A stretch of 64,000 nt of DNA from Syntrophorhabdaceae bacterium (GTDB lineage: Bacteria; Desulfobacterota; Syntrophorhabdia; Syntrophorhabdales; Syntrophorhabdaceae), in assembly GCA_963666485.2 (NCBI GenBank), contig CAXXUO010000009.1:1-64000 (forward strand), written 5' to 3'. Every line of letters begins with the position of its first letter. The stretch's first letter is position 1. The notes beneath the pieces are model-generated. The model made no database searches and was not told where the DNA came from. It worked only from the letters and a program-made list of their open reading frames with translations. Below are positions 28,334 to 37,224 of the stretch, one piece after another. The position numbers and the translations under genes are program-made.

Positions 28334-29815
28334 TTATTTACTGTAGTCTATGTGTTCCAGGAGGTCGGTGCGCCCGACGAGCTCGCGCACGCTCCTCATC
28401 CCGAATTTCTGTAATATCTCGACGAGCTGGACATTCCAGGCATGGTACATATTTGTCAGTCGCTGGGTCGCCCATTCCTCGTTGAAGAGGTCGGCAAGGA
28501 CCGAGTCGGTCGACGCGATACCCCGCGCACACCCGCGTCCGGATTCACAGTTCCCGCACCTGACGCACTCGAGGGAGACCATTTCGGCGGTGCCGATGAC
28601 GCAGCCATCCGCACCGAGGCAGATCGCCTTGGCGAGATCGTGGGCAGTCCTGACGCCTCCCGACGCGATAAGCGTCATCTGGTCGCGCACCCCTTCATCC
28701 TTCAGGAAATTGTGGACCTTCGTGATGGCATACTCGATCGGCATGGCGATATTCTTCTTCGCTATGTCCGGTGCCGCGCCCGTGCCGCCGTACCCGCCGT
28801 CGATGTGGATGATATGGGCGCCGGCGTAGTAGGAACCGACCGCCACCATGTCCACGTCGTTCGGGGTGGAGACCTTGACCGAGACCAGGGCCTTCGGGTT
28901 GATCTCCTTTATCCAGTCGATGTGTTTCTTGTGGTCCTCGATCGAGTACACGCTGTGGAACGGGAAGGGTGAAAAGAGCGGCGTGCCCCTTACGGCCTCG
29001 CGCATCCGTGCAACGCTCTCCGTGTTCTTCTCGCCGAGCAGGTGGCCGCCGAGGCCGGGCTTCGCGCCCTGGGCATATTTGAACTCCACGATGTTGACGC
29101 GCTGTATCGTCTCCTCGCGCACGCCGAAGAGCCCGGTCGCCACCTGAGTTATGACATGGTCATCGTAGGGAACGAGCATCTCGGGATAGCCGCCTTCGCC
29201 CGTACATGTGAACGTGTTCCAGATGGCGGCGTTGCGGGCCTTCGAGACCATTGTGGCGAGACTTACCGAACCGAATGACATACCGCCGCCGTAGACGGGA
29301 GTTGATATCACAATATTGGCGCGGCCGTCGTTGCGCCTGTTGAGCGGTATCTCGGTCGATATCTCGAACTTGTCGACCTTCGGGCGGCCTGCGGGGAATT
29401 TCAGCCGGAGCTTGTCGAAGCCGCCGCCCGAATTCCCGACGTTGTATTCAAGGTCTGTCCGTTCCGGGGGATACCCTGTCTCCGCCATGATCCACGTTCC
29501 CGTGATCATATCCGCGGTCCAGCGGTAATCGCCCAGCGTTTCGTACATCGGGTTGAGGGAAACAGAAAGGGCCTTGCGCGGGCACTTGTTAACGCAGTAG
29601 AAGTCGTTCTTTTCGCATTCAAAGCCGATGCACTTGTAATCGATCGGGGGCCGCACCTTGTTGTGGCCCTCGAGCCTTTCGTGCACACCGTACGGGCAGC
29701 ATTTCGCGCATGTGCTGCAATTGATGCACGCGTTCGACCGCGTCACCTTGTATTTCGGGACCTGGTGTTTGAACCGGGACGGCATGGGGTTGATCTTTAC
29801 ACTTGATGGTTTCAT
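28334..29815 (-). CDS. gltB: Glutamate synthase FMN-binding subunit (GltB2) with N-terminal ferredoxin domain
   Basis: CINCSTCAKCCP; GGMSFGS, TGEGG, QVATGLFGV, KYAQGAKPGLGGHL, DGGYGGTGAAP, SGGVR, CVRCGNC..GRGC. Confidence 0.92.
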   Translation of the reverse strand: MKPSSVKINPMPSRFKHQVPKYKVTRSNACINCSTCAKCCPYGVHERLEGHNKVRPPIDYKCIGFECEKNDFYCVNKCPRKALSVSLNPMYETLGDYRWTADMITGTWIMAETGYPPERTDLEYNVGNSGGGFDKLRLKFPAGRPKVDKFEISTEIPLNRRNDGRANIVISTPVYGGGMSFGSVSLATMVSKARNAAIWNTFTCTGEGGYPEMLVPYDDHVITQVATGLFGVREETIQRVNIVEFKYAQGAKPGLGGHLLGEKNTESVARMREAVRGTPLFSPFPFHSVYSIEDHKKHIDWIKEINPKALVSVKVSTPNDVDMVAVGSYYAGAHIIHIDGGYGGTGAAPDIAKKNIAMPIEYAITKVHNFLKDEGVRDQMTLIASGGVRTAHDLAKAICLGADGCVIGTAEMVSLECVRCGNCESGRGCARGIASTDSVLADLFNEEWATQRLTNMYHAWNVQLVEILQKFGMRSVRELVGRTDLLEHIDYSK

Positions 29816-31224
29816 AGGCTTACCGTCTCACTTTTTTTAAATAATTTTCCGAATGTATCGGCATCGATCTCTTCATAGAATATGGCCCTGCCGGTCTCCC
29901 CGCGCAGGCGCCGCGCCTCGCGGATGCCCATGGCGCCCATGACCTCGAGAAGCTGGGAGTGCCAGGCGCCCATGAGGTTCACCATGCGCTGCGTTATCGT
30001 GCCGACGCTCAAGGATTCGACGCCTTCCGCGTAGACCAGTATCTTTTCCGGCTCTTCGTAGAGCCTGGTACCGAGCGCGATCAGAAGGGGGATATCGATG
30101 GCGGTAAGGTCCGCGCCGCATATCATGGCCTTTGGCACATGCTCGGCCATCGCGATCCCGCCGGAGAACAGTATCGTCACTTCGTCGCGCACCCTCTCAT
30201 CGACGAGCTTGAGATGGACGGCGCGGATCACATCACGCGAAAGAAGGGGTTTTTCTCCACCGACCGTACCTATCTCCATTCCACGGTAGTCGGCAATAAC
30301 GTGAATGATCTCCGCGCCGGTCTTTGTCAGCCTGAGGACCGCATTCTCCACGGAGCGTGTCGCGGGGATACGGACGATGGTCAGTATGTTCCCGAGTTTC
30401 TTTACCTTTTCTATAACTGCCGGGAGCGACTTTTCGAGCTCCCCGTCATACTCGAATGCAACGGCCCGCGCCGACCGGATAAGGTCCTGGTTCGCATCTA
30501 TGTCCTTGTACGGCACGACCGGGATTATGTGCTGCATGTCGCCTTTCACATCCGGCGTAATGTCGTTCGCGGACAATATAACGAATGTGTTCAATTTGGC
30601 TGCGGCCTTGACAACGCCGGCCTTTATGCTGGCGGCAAGCTTCTCGTACGTGAAATCGAACACGATAGGTATGGGTATATCGATCGTCTGGTGGGTTTTC
30701 GATACCAGCTGCGCGTTGTCGTCGAAAACGAGGTGGTTAAGTTTCCTGCCCAGCTCGACAGAGGTGCTGATATACTCCCTGCCGTGGATGCCGTCGCGCG
30801 TCGGACGGACGATCTCGGACATGTCCGTCCACATCCCGTCAAACCCGGGCCCCGTGAACGGGCCGCGGTAGCCGGCGCCGGTGACCGGCACCTTGCCGTC
30901 CTCCGCCTGTTTCCAGAGGGTTATGAACATGTCGGGCTTCCAGTACGACCCGCCGATGTTGAGGAAATCCCCGTCGAGGGACTTTTCGAGCGCACCGCGG
31001 GGGCATTCCTGGATGCACCGGAAGCAGTTCCTGCACGTTACCGTGCTCGGCTGCGCCATTTTGCGGGGGTCTCCGTCGCGTCCGCGCCTGTGTACTTCGT
31101 AGATGCAGACCTTCGTGCATCTTCCGCAGTTGATGCAGTTCTCTCCCCGCTCGATACTGAATTTATAGATGAAATCCAGCTCGAGTGGTGTGACCTTCGT
31201 ATCGATGTGATATTTTTTTGGCAT
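29812..31224 (-). CDS. Second, divergent GltB2-like subunit with 2x[4Fe-4S] domain
   Basis: CINCGRCTKVC, CRNCFRCIQECP, RPTRDGIHGRE, SGGIAMAEHVPKAMICGAD, MGAMGI; lacks GGMS and QGAKPG motifs. Confidence 0.85.
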   Translation of the reverse strand: MPKKYHIDTKVTPLELDFIYKFSIERGENCINCGRCTKVCIYEVHRRGRDGDPRKMAQPSTVTCRNCFRCIQECPRGALEKSLDGDFLNIGGSYWKPDMFITLWKQAEDGKVPVTGAGYRGPFTGPGFDGMWTDMSEIVRPTRDGIHGREYISTSVELGRKLNHLVFDDNAQLVSKTHQTIDIPIPIVFDFTYEKLAASIKAGVVKAAAKLNTFVILSANDITPDVKGDMQHIIPVVPYKDIDANQDLIRSARAVAFEYDGELEKSLPAVIEKVKKLGNILTIVRIPATRSVENAVLRLTKTGAEIIHVIADYRGMEIGTVGGEKPLLSRDVIRAVHLKLVDERVRDEVTILFSGGIAMAEHVPKAMICGADLTAIDIPLLIALGTRLYEEPEKILVYAEGVESLSVGTITQRMVNLMGAWHSQLLEVMGAMGIREARRLRGETGRAIFYEEIDADTFGKLFKKSETVSL

Positions 31225-31250
31225 ATGTCAGTTCCCGACCTTATGTATTT

Positions 31251-33083
31251 TCAATTATTCCTGTCGACCATTTCCCAGTATTCCGAGCTTGCGTCGACCT
31301 TCTTGATGAACTCGTCGATCTTTTCCGCCGGCCGGCCTCCGGTCATTGTCTCTATCCTCTTTTCCAGCGCGTCCCACAGGTTCATGAGCTCGAGGTTCGT
31401 CTGGCATATCTCTTCGCACGCCCGGCAGTGCATGCACATGAAGACCTTTTCCGCTTCTTCTTTCGATACCGGTTTGCCCTCGATCAGCTTCTTTGCCAGC
31501 GCTATCTTCCCCTTTGCCGTCATTTCCTCGTTGCCGGTCACGAGGTACGCGGGGCAGACAGCGATGCAGTTGCCGCATTTCGCGCAGGCATGGGTCATCA
31601 GCTCGAAATCGAGGTCATCCACCTTTTTCACCTTGCCGAAGACCATGGTCGCCAGGGTCCCGAGAACGGGTGCGAGCGCGCTCAGCGTGCCGATCCCGAA
31701 ACCGAAGACGGCCGGGTTGAACATAAAGGAGTTGACCCGGAAGAACTTGCCGGGGTTCATGATATTGTTCGGGTCCACCTTCGCTTTATAGGCCAGCAGT
31801 TCTTTTTTCTGTTTATCGTTATAAAGGTGATCAATGAAGCCCGCGTTCCAGATGCCGAGCCCGTACGGCTCCGCCCCGTTGGCCACCGCCGCCCGCGTGA
31901 GGAGCATGGTGATCGGCAGGTCGATGTAGTACTTGAATTTGCGTGAATCGCACAGGAAGTTGGTCATGATCAGTGCTTTTTTCGCATCGAGGATATAGGA
32001 ATCCACAAATATCTCGACACCGAAGGAAGAGCCCAGTTTTTTCGCCTTCTCGATGAACTTCGCCGCGGACGCGATCGGGATGATGCTCTCGCTTGCCAGG
32101 ATCGTCGGGCCAAGCCGTTTTGTCTTCATCCCGAAAAGGCGCTCGTTCCACAGGTAGCTTGCCACGTATTTGGGTGCCTCTTCCAGCTGGTAATGAGTTT
32201 TGACGATCTTCATGAACTCCGCGTCATCCTCTGTGCTTCCGAACTCGACGAGGACCGACGGGCTTTTCTTGAACTCGGTGAGGTGCATGATCTTGTTGAT
32301 ATCGTCGAGGTGTGTCGCATCGAGGAACCGGATGACGTTCGGCCGTACCTTGTCGGCCTGCCCTGACCCCATGAACTGGGCGATAAATGAAAAGGCGTCC
32401 TTATCGCTTGCGAAGTAGAACAGGTGGGGACAGGACGCGGCGGGGACGTCGCGCAGTTTCAGGTTGACATCGACGATGATCCCGAAAAGGCCTTCCGTGG
32501 AGACAAAATGGGCGAACTCAGGGTCGGTCGGGGTCAGCTTTTTCGATTCCCCGAGCGCGGTCACGACCGTCATCGAGACGATCTGTGTTGACAGGTGGCC
32601 GTACCGGAGACTGTTTATCCCGTAGCCGCCGGTGGCGATCCAGCCGCCGACCGTCGAGAACTTGCTCGAAGGGTATGTCATCAGGCACAACCCTTCCTTC
32701 TTCGCGAGGATGTCGATATCGGCCCAGCGGGCGCCGGCCTCGACCGTGACGGTCTTCTGGCCCTTGTTGAGGTACAGGATCTTCCGAAAAGGGGAAAGGT
32801 CAATAACGATCCCCGCATTTGTCGGGATGACCCCGCCGAAGCCCCAGGAAGCGGCGCCCCGCGGAATGACAGGGACCTTATTATCGTTGGCGAACGCGAG
32901 GACCTGCTTTATCTCGTCCACATTTCCCGGCTGAACGACAAAGTCGGGCTGCACCTTGAAAAGATTTTTGGTCATGATCGTGGGGACATCCCCGATATCA
33001 TGGCTGTACATCTCTTTCTTTTCCTCTTGTTCGATTATCCTGATGTTTGGTGCGATATTCTTGAATTGGTCTGAAAGTTTCAT
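31251..33083 (-). CDS. GlcD/D-lactate-dehydrogenase-like FAD-binding protein with C-terminal Fe-S dicluster
   Basis: PDFVVQP, IPRGAASWGFGG, TVGGWIATGGYG, TEGLFGII, DPNNIMNPGK; CAKCGNCIAVCP and CMHCRACEEIC. Confidence 0.88.
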   Translation of the reverse strand: MKLSDQFKNIAPNIRIIEQEEKKEMYSHDIGDVPTIMTKNLFKVQPDFVVQPGNVDEIKQVLAFANDNKVPVIPRGAASWGFGGVIPTNAGIVIDLSPFRKILYLNKGQKTVTVEAGARWADIDILAKKEGLCLMTYPSSKFSTVGGWIATGGYGINSLRYGHLSTQIVSMTVVTALGESKKLTPTDPEFAHFVSTEGLFGIIVDVNLKLRDVPAASCPHLFYFASDKDAFSFIAQFMGSGQADKVRPNVIRFLDATHLDDINKIMHLTEFKKSPSVLVEFGSTEDDAEFMKIVKTHYQLEEAPKYVASYLWNERLFGMKTKRLGPTILASESIIPIASAAKFIEKAKKLGSSFGVEIFVDSYILDAKKALIMTNFLCDSRKFKYYIDLPITMLLTRAAVANGAEPYGLGIWNAGFIDHLYNDKQKKELLAYKAKVDPNNIMNPGKFFRVNSFMFNPAVFGFGIGTLSALAPVLGTLATMVFGKVKKVDDLDFELMTHACAKCGNCIAVCPAYLVTGNEEMTAKGKIALAKKLIEGKPVSKEEAEKVFMCMHCRACEEICQTNLELMNLWDALEKRIETMTGGRPAEKIDEFIKKVDASSEYWEMVDRNN

Positions 33084-33146
33084 ATTTTCCCTATCCGTTT
33101 AGTAACGCTGTCGATGGCTGCAGTAGTAACTCATGGCCCTATTAAT

Positions 33147-33162
33147 AGCAAAAGAGATGCCA
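33147..33162 (-). promoter_or_regulatory. Sigma-54 (-24/-12) promoter of the glutamate synthase operon
   Basis: Minus strand reads TGGCATCTCTTTTGCT (GG-N10-GC), about 64 bp upstream of the start codon. Confidence 0.82.
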
Positions 33163-33268
33163 ACGGACAATGACCCTCTAAAATCGATTTTTTTCGGCAA
33201 AATGAGGGGTATTTCCGGACAGCAAGCAAAACGGCCGTCTCCGGCACCGGAAAATCGGACAAAAAAAC

Positions 33269-33312
33269 CGTACAATTTTGTACCATTTGAACCGGTAAAA
33301 TACATAATTGTT
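33269..33312. promoter_or_regulatory. Candidate enhancer (UAS) pair between divergent sigma-54 promoters
   Basis: Near-palindrome GTACAATTTTGTAC (33270-33283) and related ATACATAATTGTT (33300-33312). Confidence 0.65.
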
Positions 33313-33439
33313 CACCGAAATTGCCCGGGAACGGTCACTTTTTGGAAGATATGCGGCGGGACGCGTTTCGGGCCGGAGGTGCGCCTAATAATGTTATGAG
33401 ACCCATCCGGGAAACCTTTGCAAAACCGAAAATGGTCTC

Positions 33440-33455
33440 TGGCATATTTTTCGCA
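33440..33455 (+). promoter_or_regulatory. Sigma-54 (-24/-12) promoter of the glnA-purF-amtB-glnK-amtB operon
   Basis: TGGCATATTTTTCGCA (GG-N10-GC), about 90 bp upstream of ATG 33547. Confidence 0.78.
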
Positions 33456-33546
33456 CATATATCCTTCCATAAACAAAGAACCCGCTCCAGTATCTGCATC
33501 CGGACGGGGACACATTAAAAACACGAAAGGACAAGCGAGGGAGATC

Positions 33547-35721
33547 ATGAAAAAATTACAGCCGGTGATCGCATCCGAAAGAACTTATGTCTGCGAAAAG
33601 GAGAAATTTGTTCCCGTATCCGAATACTACGGCGAAGACACTTTCAGCTACAGGGTCATGCAGGAAAAGCTGCCGAAAGACACCTTCAAGAAGCTCATGC
33701 AGTCGATCAACGACAACAAACCGCTCGACATGGAAACAGCCAATATTGCGGCACACGCGATGAAGGAATGGGCCATAGAGAAGGGGGCAACCCACTTTGC
33801 CCACTGGTTCCAGCCCATGACAGGGATCACGGCGGAGAAACACGATGCCTTTGTCGACCCGGTCGGCATCGGCGAGGTTATGGAAAAATTCTCGGGCAAG
33901 CAGCTCGTCCAGGGCGAGCCCGACGCGTCGAGCTTCCCGTCAGGCGGCCTGCGCGCCACGTTCGAGGCAAGGGGATACACCGCGTGGGACATGTCATCCC
34001 CGGCATTTATCAAGAGGACCGGCATTTCGACGACGCTTTGCATCCCGTCGGTCTTCATATCGTACACCGGTGAAGCCCTCGACAAGAAGACGCCGCTTCT
34101 GCGGTCGATCCGCGCGGTCAGCCAGAGCGCTGTCAACATGCTGAAGCTCCTCGGCGCCAGGAACATCCGGAAGGTCACGTCCAATCTCGGCCCCGAACAG
34201 GAATATTTCCTTATCGATATGGATTACTTCTACAAACGCCAGGACCTCGTGCTCGGCGGCCGTACCGTCGTCGGCGCACCGCCTGCGAAAGGCCAGGAGC
34301 TCGAGGACCAGTATTTCGGCTGCATCAAGGAGAGGATATCCTCCTATATGCATGACGTCGAAGAAGAATTGTTCAAGCTCGGCATCCCGGCGAAGACCCG
34401 GCACAACGAGGTCGCGCCGAGCCAGTTCGAGATCGCGCCGGTCTATGAAGAGGCCAACCTCGCGGTCGACCACAACCAGCTCGTCATGGACACGCTGAAA
34501 TCGGTCGCCAAGAAACATAACCTGGCGGCGCTCTTCCACGAAAAACCCTTCGCAGGGATCAACGGGTCCGGCAAGCACGTCAACTGGTCAATTTCGGACA
34601 ACAACGGTAATAACTTGCTCAACCCGGGCAAGACCCCGCACGACAACATTCAGTTCCTCGTGTTTCTCATCGCCACCGTTCGCGCCGTCTACAAGCACGC
34701 GGACATACTTCGCGCGGCCGTCGGTTCGTACGGCAACGACTACAGGCTCGGCGCGAACGAGGCCCCTCCCGCCATCATCTCCGTCTTCCTCGGCGAACAG
34801 CTGACGAGGATCCTCGAGAACATAGAGAAGAGCCAGGCAAGCAAGGCGACCAACAGCGAGATCATCGACCTCGGCGTGTCGTCACTTCCCATCGTCAGCA
34901 AGGACGATACGGACCGCAACCGTACATCACCGTTTGCCTTCACCGGGAACAAGTTCGAGTTCAGGGCCGTCGGTTCGTCGCAGTCGATATCCTTCCCCTC
35001 GGCCGTCATGAACACGATCGTCGCGGAAAGCCTCGACTACCTTGCCGACAGGATCAGGGAAAAGAAGAACGGGAAAGGCACGAGCCAGGCCGTCATCGAG
35101 GTTTTGAAAGAAGAGATAAAGGACATAAAACCGATCCTTTTCAACGGCGACAACTACAGCAAGGAATGGGAAAAAGAGGCCGGCAAACGCGGGCTGCCCA
35201 ACAACAAGACCACCCCGGTGGCATTGAAGGCCCTCGTCACGGAAAAGGCCCTCGATGTGTTTGAAAAATACCAGGTCCTTTCACGGGTCGAGCTCAGCTC
35301 CCGGTACAATATCTACCTCGAAAGGTACATCAAGGACTTCGAGATCGAGGCCAAATGCCTCTCCAACATCTGCCTGAGCCAGGTAATACCGGCAGGGACC
35401 GCGTACCAGAAGATGCTGGCGAGCGCTGTCGTCGCGACGAAGGACGCACTGGGCAACGATGCGGATGTCACGGCCCAGAAAGAACTGCTCCACAAGGTCC
35501 TCGAGCTGATCAACAATATCCACTCCCTGAACAAGAGGATCCAGGCCGGGCTCAAGAAGACCTGCGGCGTCCACGACGAGGTGAAGAAGGCCGATATGCT
35601 TTCAAAGGAAATAAAACCCGAAATGGACGAGCTCAGGGGTTATGTCGATACCCTCGAGACCCTCGTTGACGATGAGATCTGGCCGCTGCCCAAGTTCTGG
35701 GAAATGCTCTTCATAAGCTAA
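33547..35721 (+). CDS. glnA: Glutamine synthetase type III
   Basis: 724 aa; GATHFAHWFQPMTG, AEKHD, GEPDASSFPSGGLRATFEARGYTAWD, GPEQEYFL, HNEVAPSQFE, HEKPFAGINGSGKH, RLGANEAPP, DRNRTSPFAFTGNKFEFRA. Confidence 0.96.
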   Translation: MKKLQPVIASERTYVCEKEKFVPVSEYYGEDTFSYRVMQEKLPKDTFKKLMQSINDNKPLDMETANIAAHAMKEWAIEKGATHFAHWFQPMTGITAEKHDAFVDPVGIGEVMEKFSGKQLVQGEPDASSFPSGGLRATFEARGYTAWDMSSPAFIKRTGISTTLCIPSVFISYTGEALDKKTPLLRSIRAVSQSAVNMLKLLGARNIRKVTSNLGPEQEYFLIDMDYFYKRQDLVLGGRTVVGAPPAKGQELEDQYFGCIKERISSYMHDVEEELFKLGIPAKTRHNEVAPSQFEIAPVYEEANLAVDHNQLVMDTLKSVAKKHNLAALFHEKPFAGINGSGKHVNWSISDNNGNNLLNPGKTPHDNIQFLVFLIATVRAVYKHADILRAAVGSYGNDYRLGANEAPPAIISVFLGEQLTRILENIEKSQASKATNSEIIDLGVSSLPIVSKDDTDRNRTSPFAFTGNKFEFRAVGSSQSISFPSAVMNTIVAESLDYLADRIREKKNGKGTSQAVIEVLKEEIKDIKPILFNGDNYSKEWEKEAGKRGLPNNKTTPVALKALVTEKALDVFEKYQVLSRVELSSRYNIYLERYIKDFEIEAKCLSNICLSQVIPAGTAYQKMLASAVVATKDALGNDADVTAQKELLHKVLELINNIHSLNKRIQAGLKKTCGVHDEVKKADMLSKEIKPEMDELRGYVDTLETLVDDEIWPLPKFWEMLFIS

Positions 35722-35750
35722 AAGAGCGGACCATAAAGAAGGTCGCGAGA

Positions 35751-37205
35751 ATGACCGAACGGGAAAAGGAAAATATGCCCTGTACACCGAATAGCAACGA
35801 TCCGGAAAAGCTATACCCGCGCGAGGAATGCGGCGTGTTCGCGATCCACGGGAACGACGACGCCTCGCGGGTAGCTTTTTACGGCCTTTTCGCCCTGCAG
35901 CACCGGGGGCAGGAATCTGCCGGCATCATAAGCTCGGACGGGCGCGACGTGCGGCAGCACAAGGGTATGGGGCTTGCCTCGGAGGTGTTCGGGGAGGAGG
36001 CGCTTCAGCGCCTTCCCGGCCGCCTGGCCATCGGCCACGTCCGCTACTCGACGACCGGGGCGTCGACGCTCATCAATGCCCAGCCTTTTCTCGTCCGTTT
36101 CGAGAACGAGTATTACGCCCTGGCCCATAACGGCAATATCCTGAACGCGCAGAACCTGCGCGAGAAGCTGGAGGCGCGCGGGTCGATCTTCCAATCAACC
36201 ATGGACAGCGAGGTGATCATCCACCTCATGGCGCACCATCTCAAACACGGGTTGGAGCATGCCCTTACCGCGAGCCTTGGCCGTCTCAAGGGCGCTTACA
36301 GCCTCGTTATGATGACCCGCAACAGGATCGTGGCCGCGCGCGACCCCGGGGGTTTCCGGCCGCTGTCGCTCGGTCAGCTGAACGGGAGCTGGGTCGTTGC
36401 CTCCGAGACCTGCGCTTTTGACCTTGTCGGCGCGCAGTATGTCCGGGATGTTGAACCGGGAGAGATCGTTATTATAGATGATGCGGGATTGAAAAGCCTG
36501 AAGCCTTTCCCCGAGGTGAGACGCAGCCACTGCATTTTCGAGCTTGTCTATTTCGCCCGCCCGGACAGCCAGGTATTCGGCCGGAACGTGTACATGTGCC
36601 GCAAACAATTCGGGCACGAACTGGCCCGCGAATACGATCCGCACGTTGACATGATAATACCCTTCCCCGACTCGGGTGTGTACGCCGCGATTGGCTATTC
36701 CGAGGAAAGCGGCGTCCCGTTCGAGATGGGCATGATACGTAACCACTATGTCGGGCGCACATTCATCAACCCGTCGCAGCAGATGCGGGACCTCGGTGTT
36801 CGCGTCAAGTTGAATCCCGTAAAAAGCCTTCTCGAAGGAAAATCGATCCTGATCGTGGACGACTCCATCATCCGCGGGACGACAAGCCGGAACCGCGTGA
36901 AGAACCTGCGGGAAAGCGGCATACGCGAGATCCACATGGCGGTCAGCTGCCCGCCGACAGTATATCCCTGTCCCTACGGGATAGATTTCTCGACAAAAGG
37001 AGAGCTCATAGCGACAAAAAAAGACAGCGAGAAAGCAATCGCCAAATACATTGGCCTGGATTCCCTGCACTATCTTACCCTCGACGGCATGATAAAGGCG
37101 ACGGGCCTCGACAAAAGCTGCTTTTGCCTTGCCTGTTACGATGGCAAGTACCCCGTCACCCCGCCGAGGATCATCAACAAGCACTGCCTGGAATCCTGCC
37201 AGTAA
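35751..37205 (+). CDS. purF: Amidophosphoribosyltransferase (Fe-S type)
   Basis: REECGVF, LQHRGQESAG, HVRYST, AHNGN, CIFELVYFARPDS, VDDSIIRGTT, PCPYGID, CLAC; start may be 35775. Confidence 0.95.
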   Translation: MTEREKENMPCTPNSNDPEKLYPREECGVFAIHGNDDASRVAFYGLFALQHRGQESAGIISSDGRDVRQHKGMGLASEVFGEEALQRLPGRLAIGHVRYSTTGASTLINAQPFLVRFENEYYALAHNGNILNAQNLREKLEARGSIFQSTMDSEVIIHLMAHHLKHGLEHALTASLGRLKGAYSLVMMTRNRIVAARDPGGFRPLSLGQLNGSWVVASETCAFDLVGAQYVRDVEPGEIVIIDDAGLKSLKPFPEVRRSHCIFELVYFARPDSQVFGRNVYMCRKQFGHELAREYDPHVDMIIPFPDSGVYAAIGYSEESGVPFEMGMIRNHYVGRTFINPSQQMRDLGVRVKLNPVKSLLEGKSILIVDDSIIRGTTSRNRVKNLRESGIREIHMAVSCPPTVYPCPYGIDFSTKGELIATKKDSEKAIAKYIGLDSLHYLTLDGMIKATGLDKSCFCLACYDGKYPVTPPRIINKHCLESCQ

Positions 37206-37224
37206 ATCCTAACGGAGGTGCCTC

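Noticed and set aside
33418..33546. N-terminal extension of GS III given in the ORF track
   Set aside because: Overlaps the sigma-54 promoter; ATG 33547 has a GAGG/GGAG RBS
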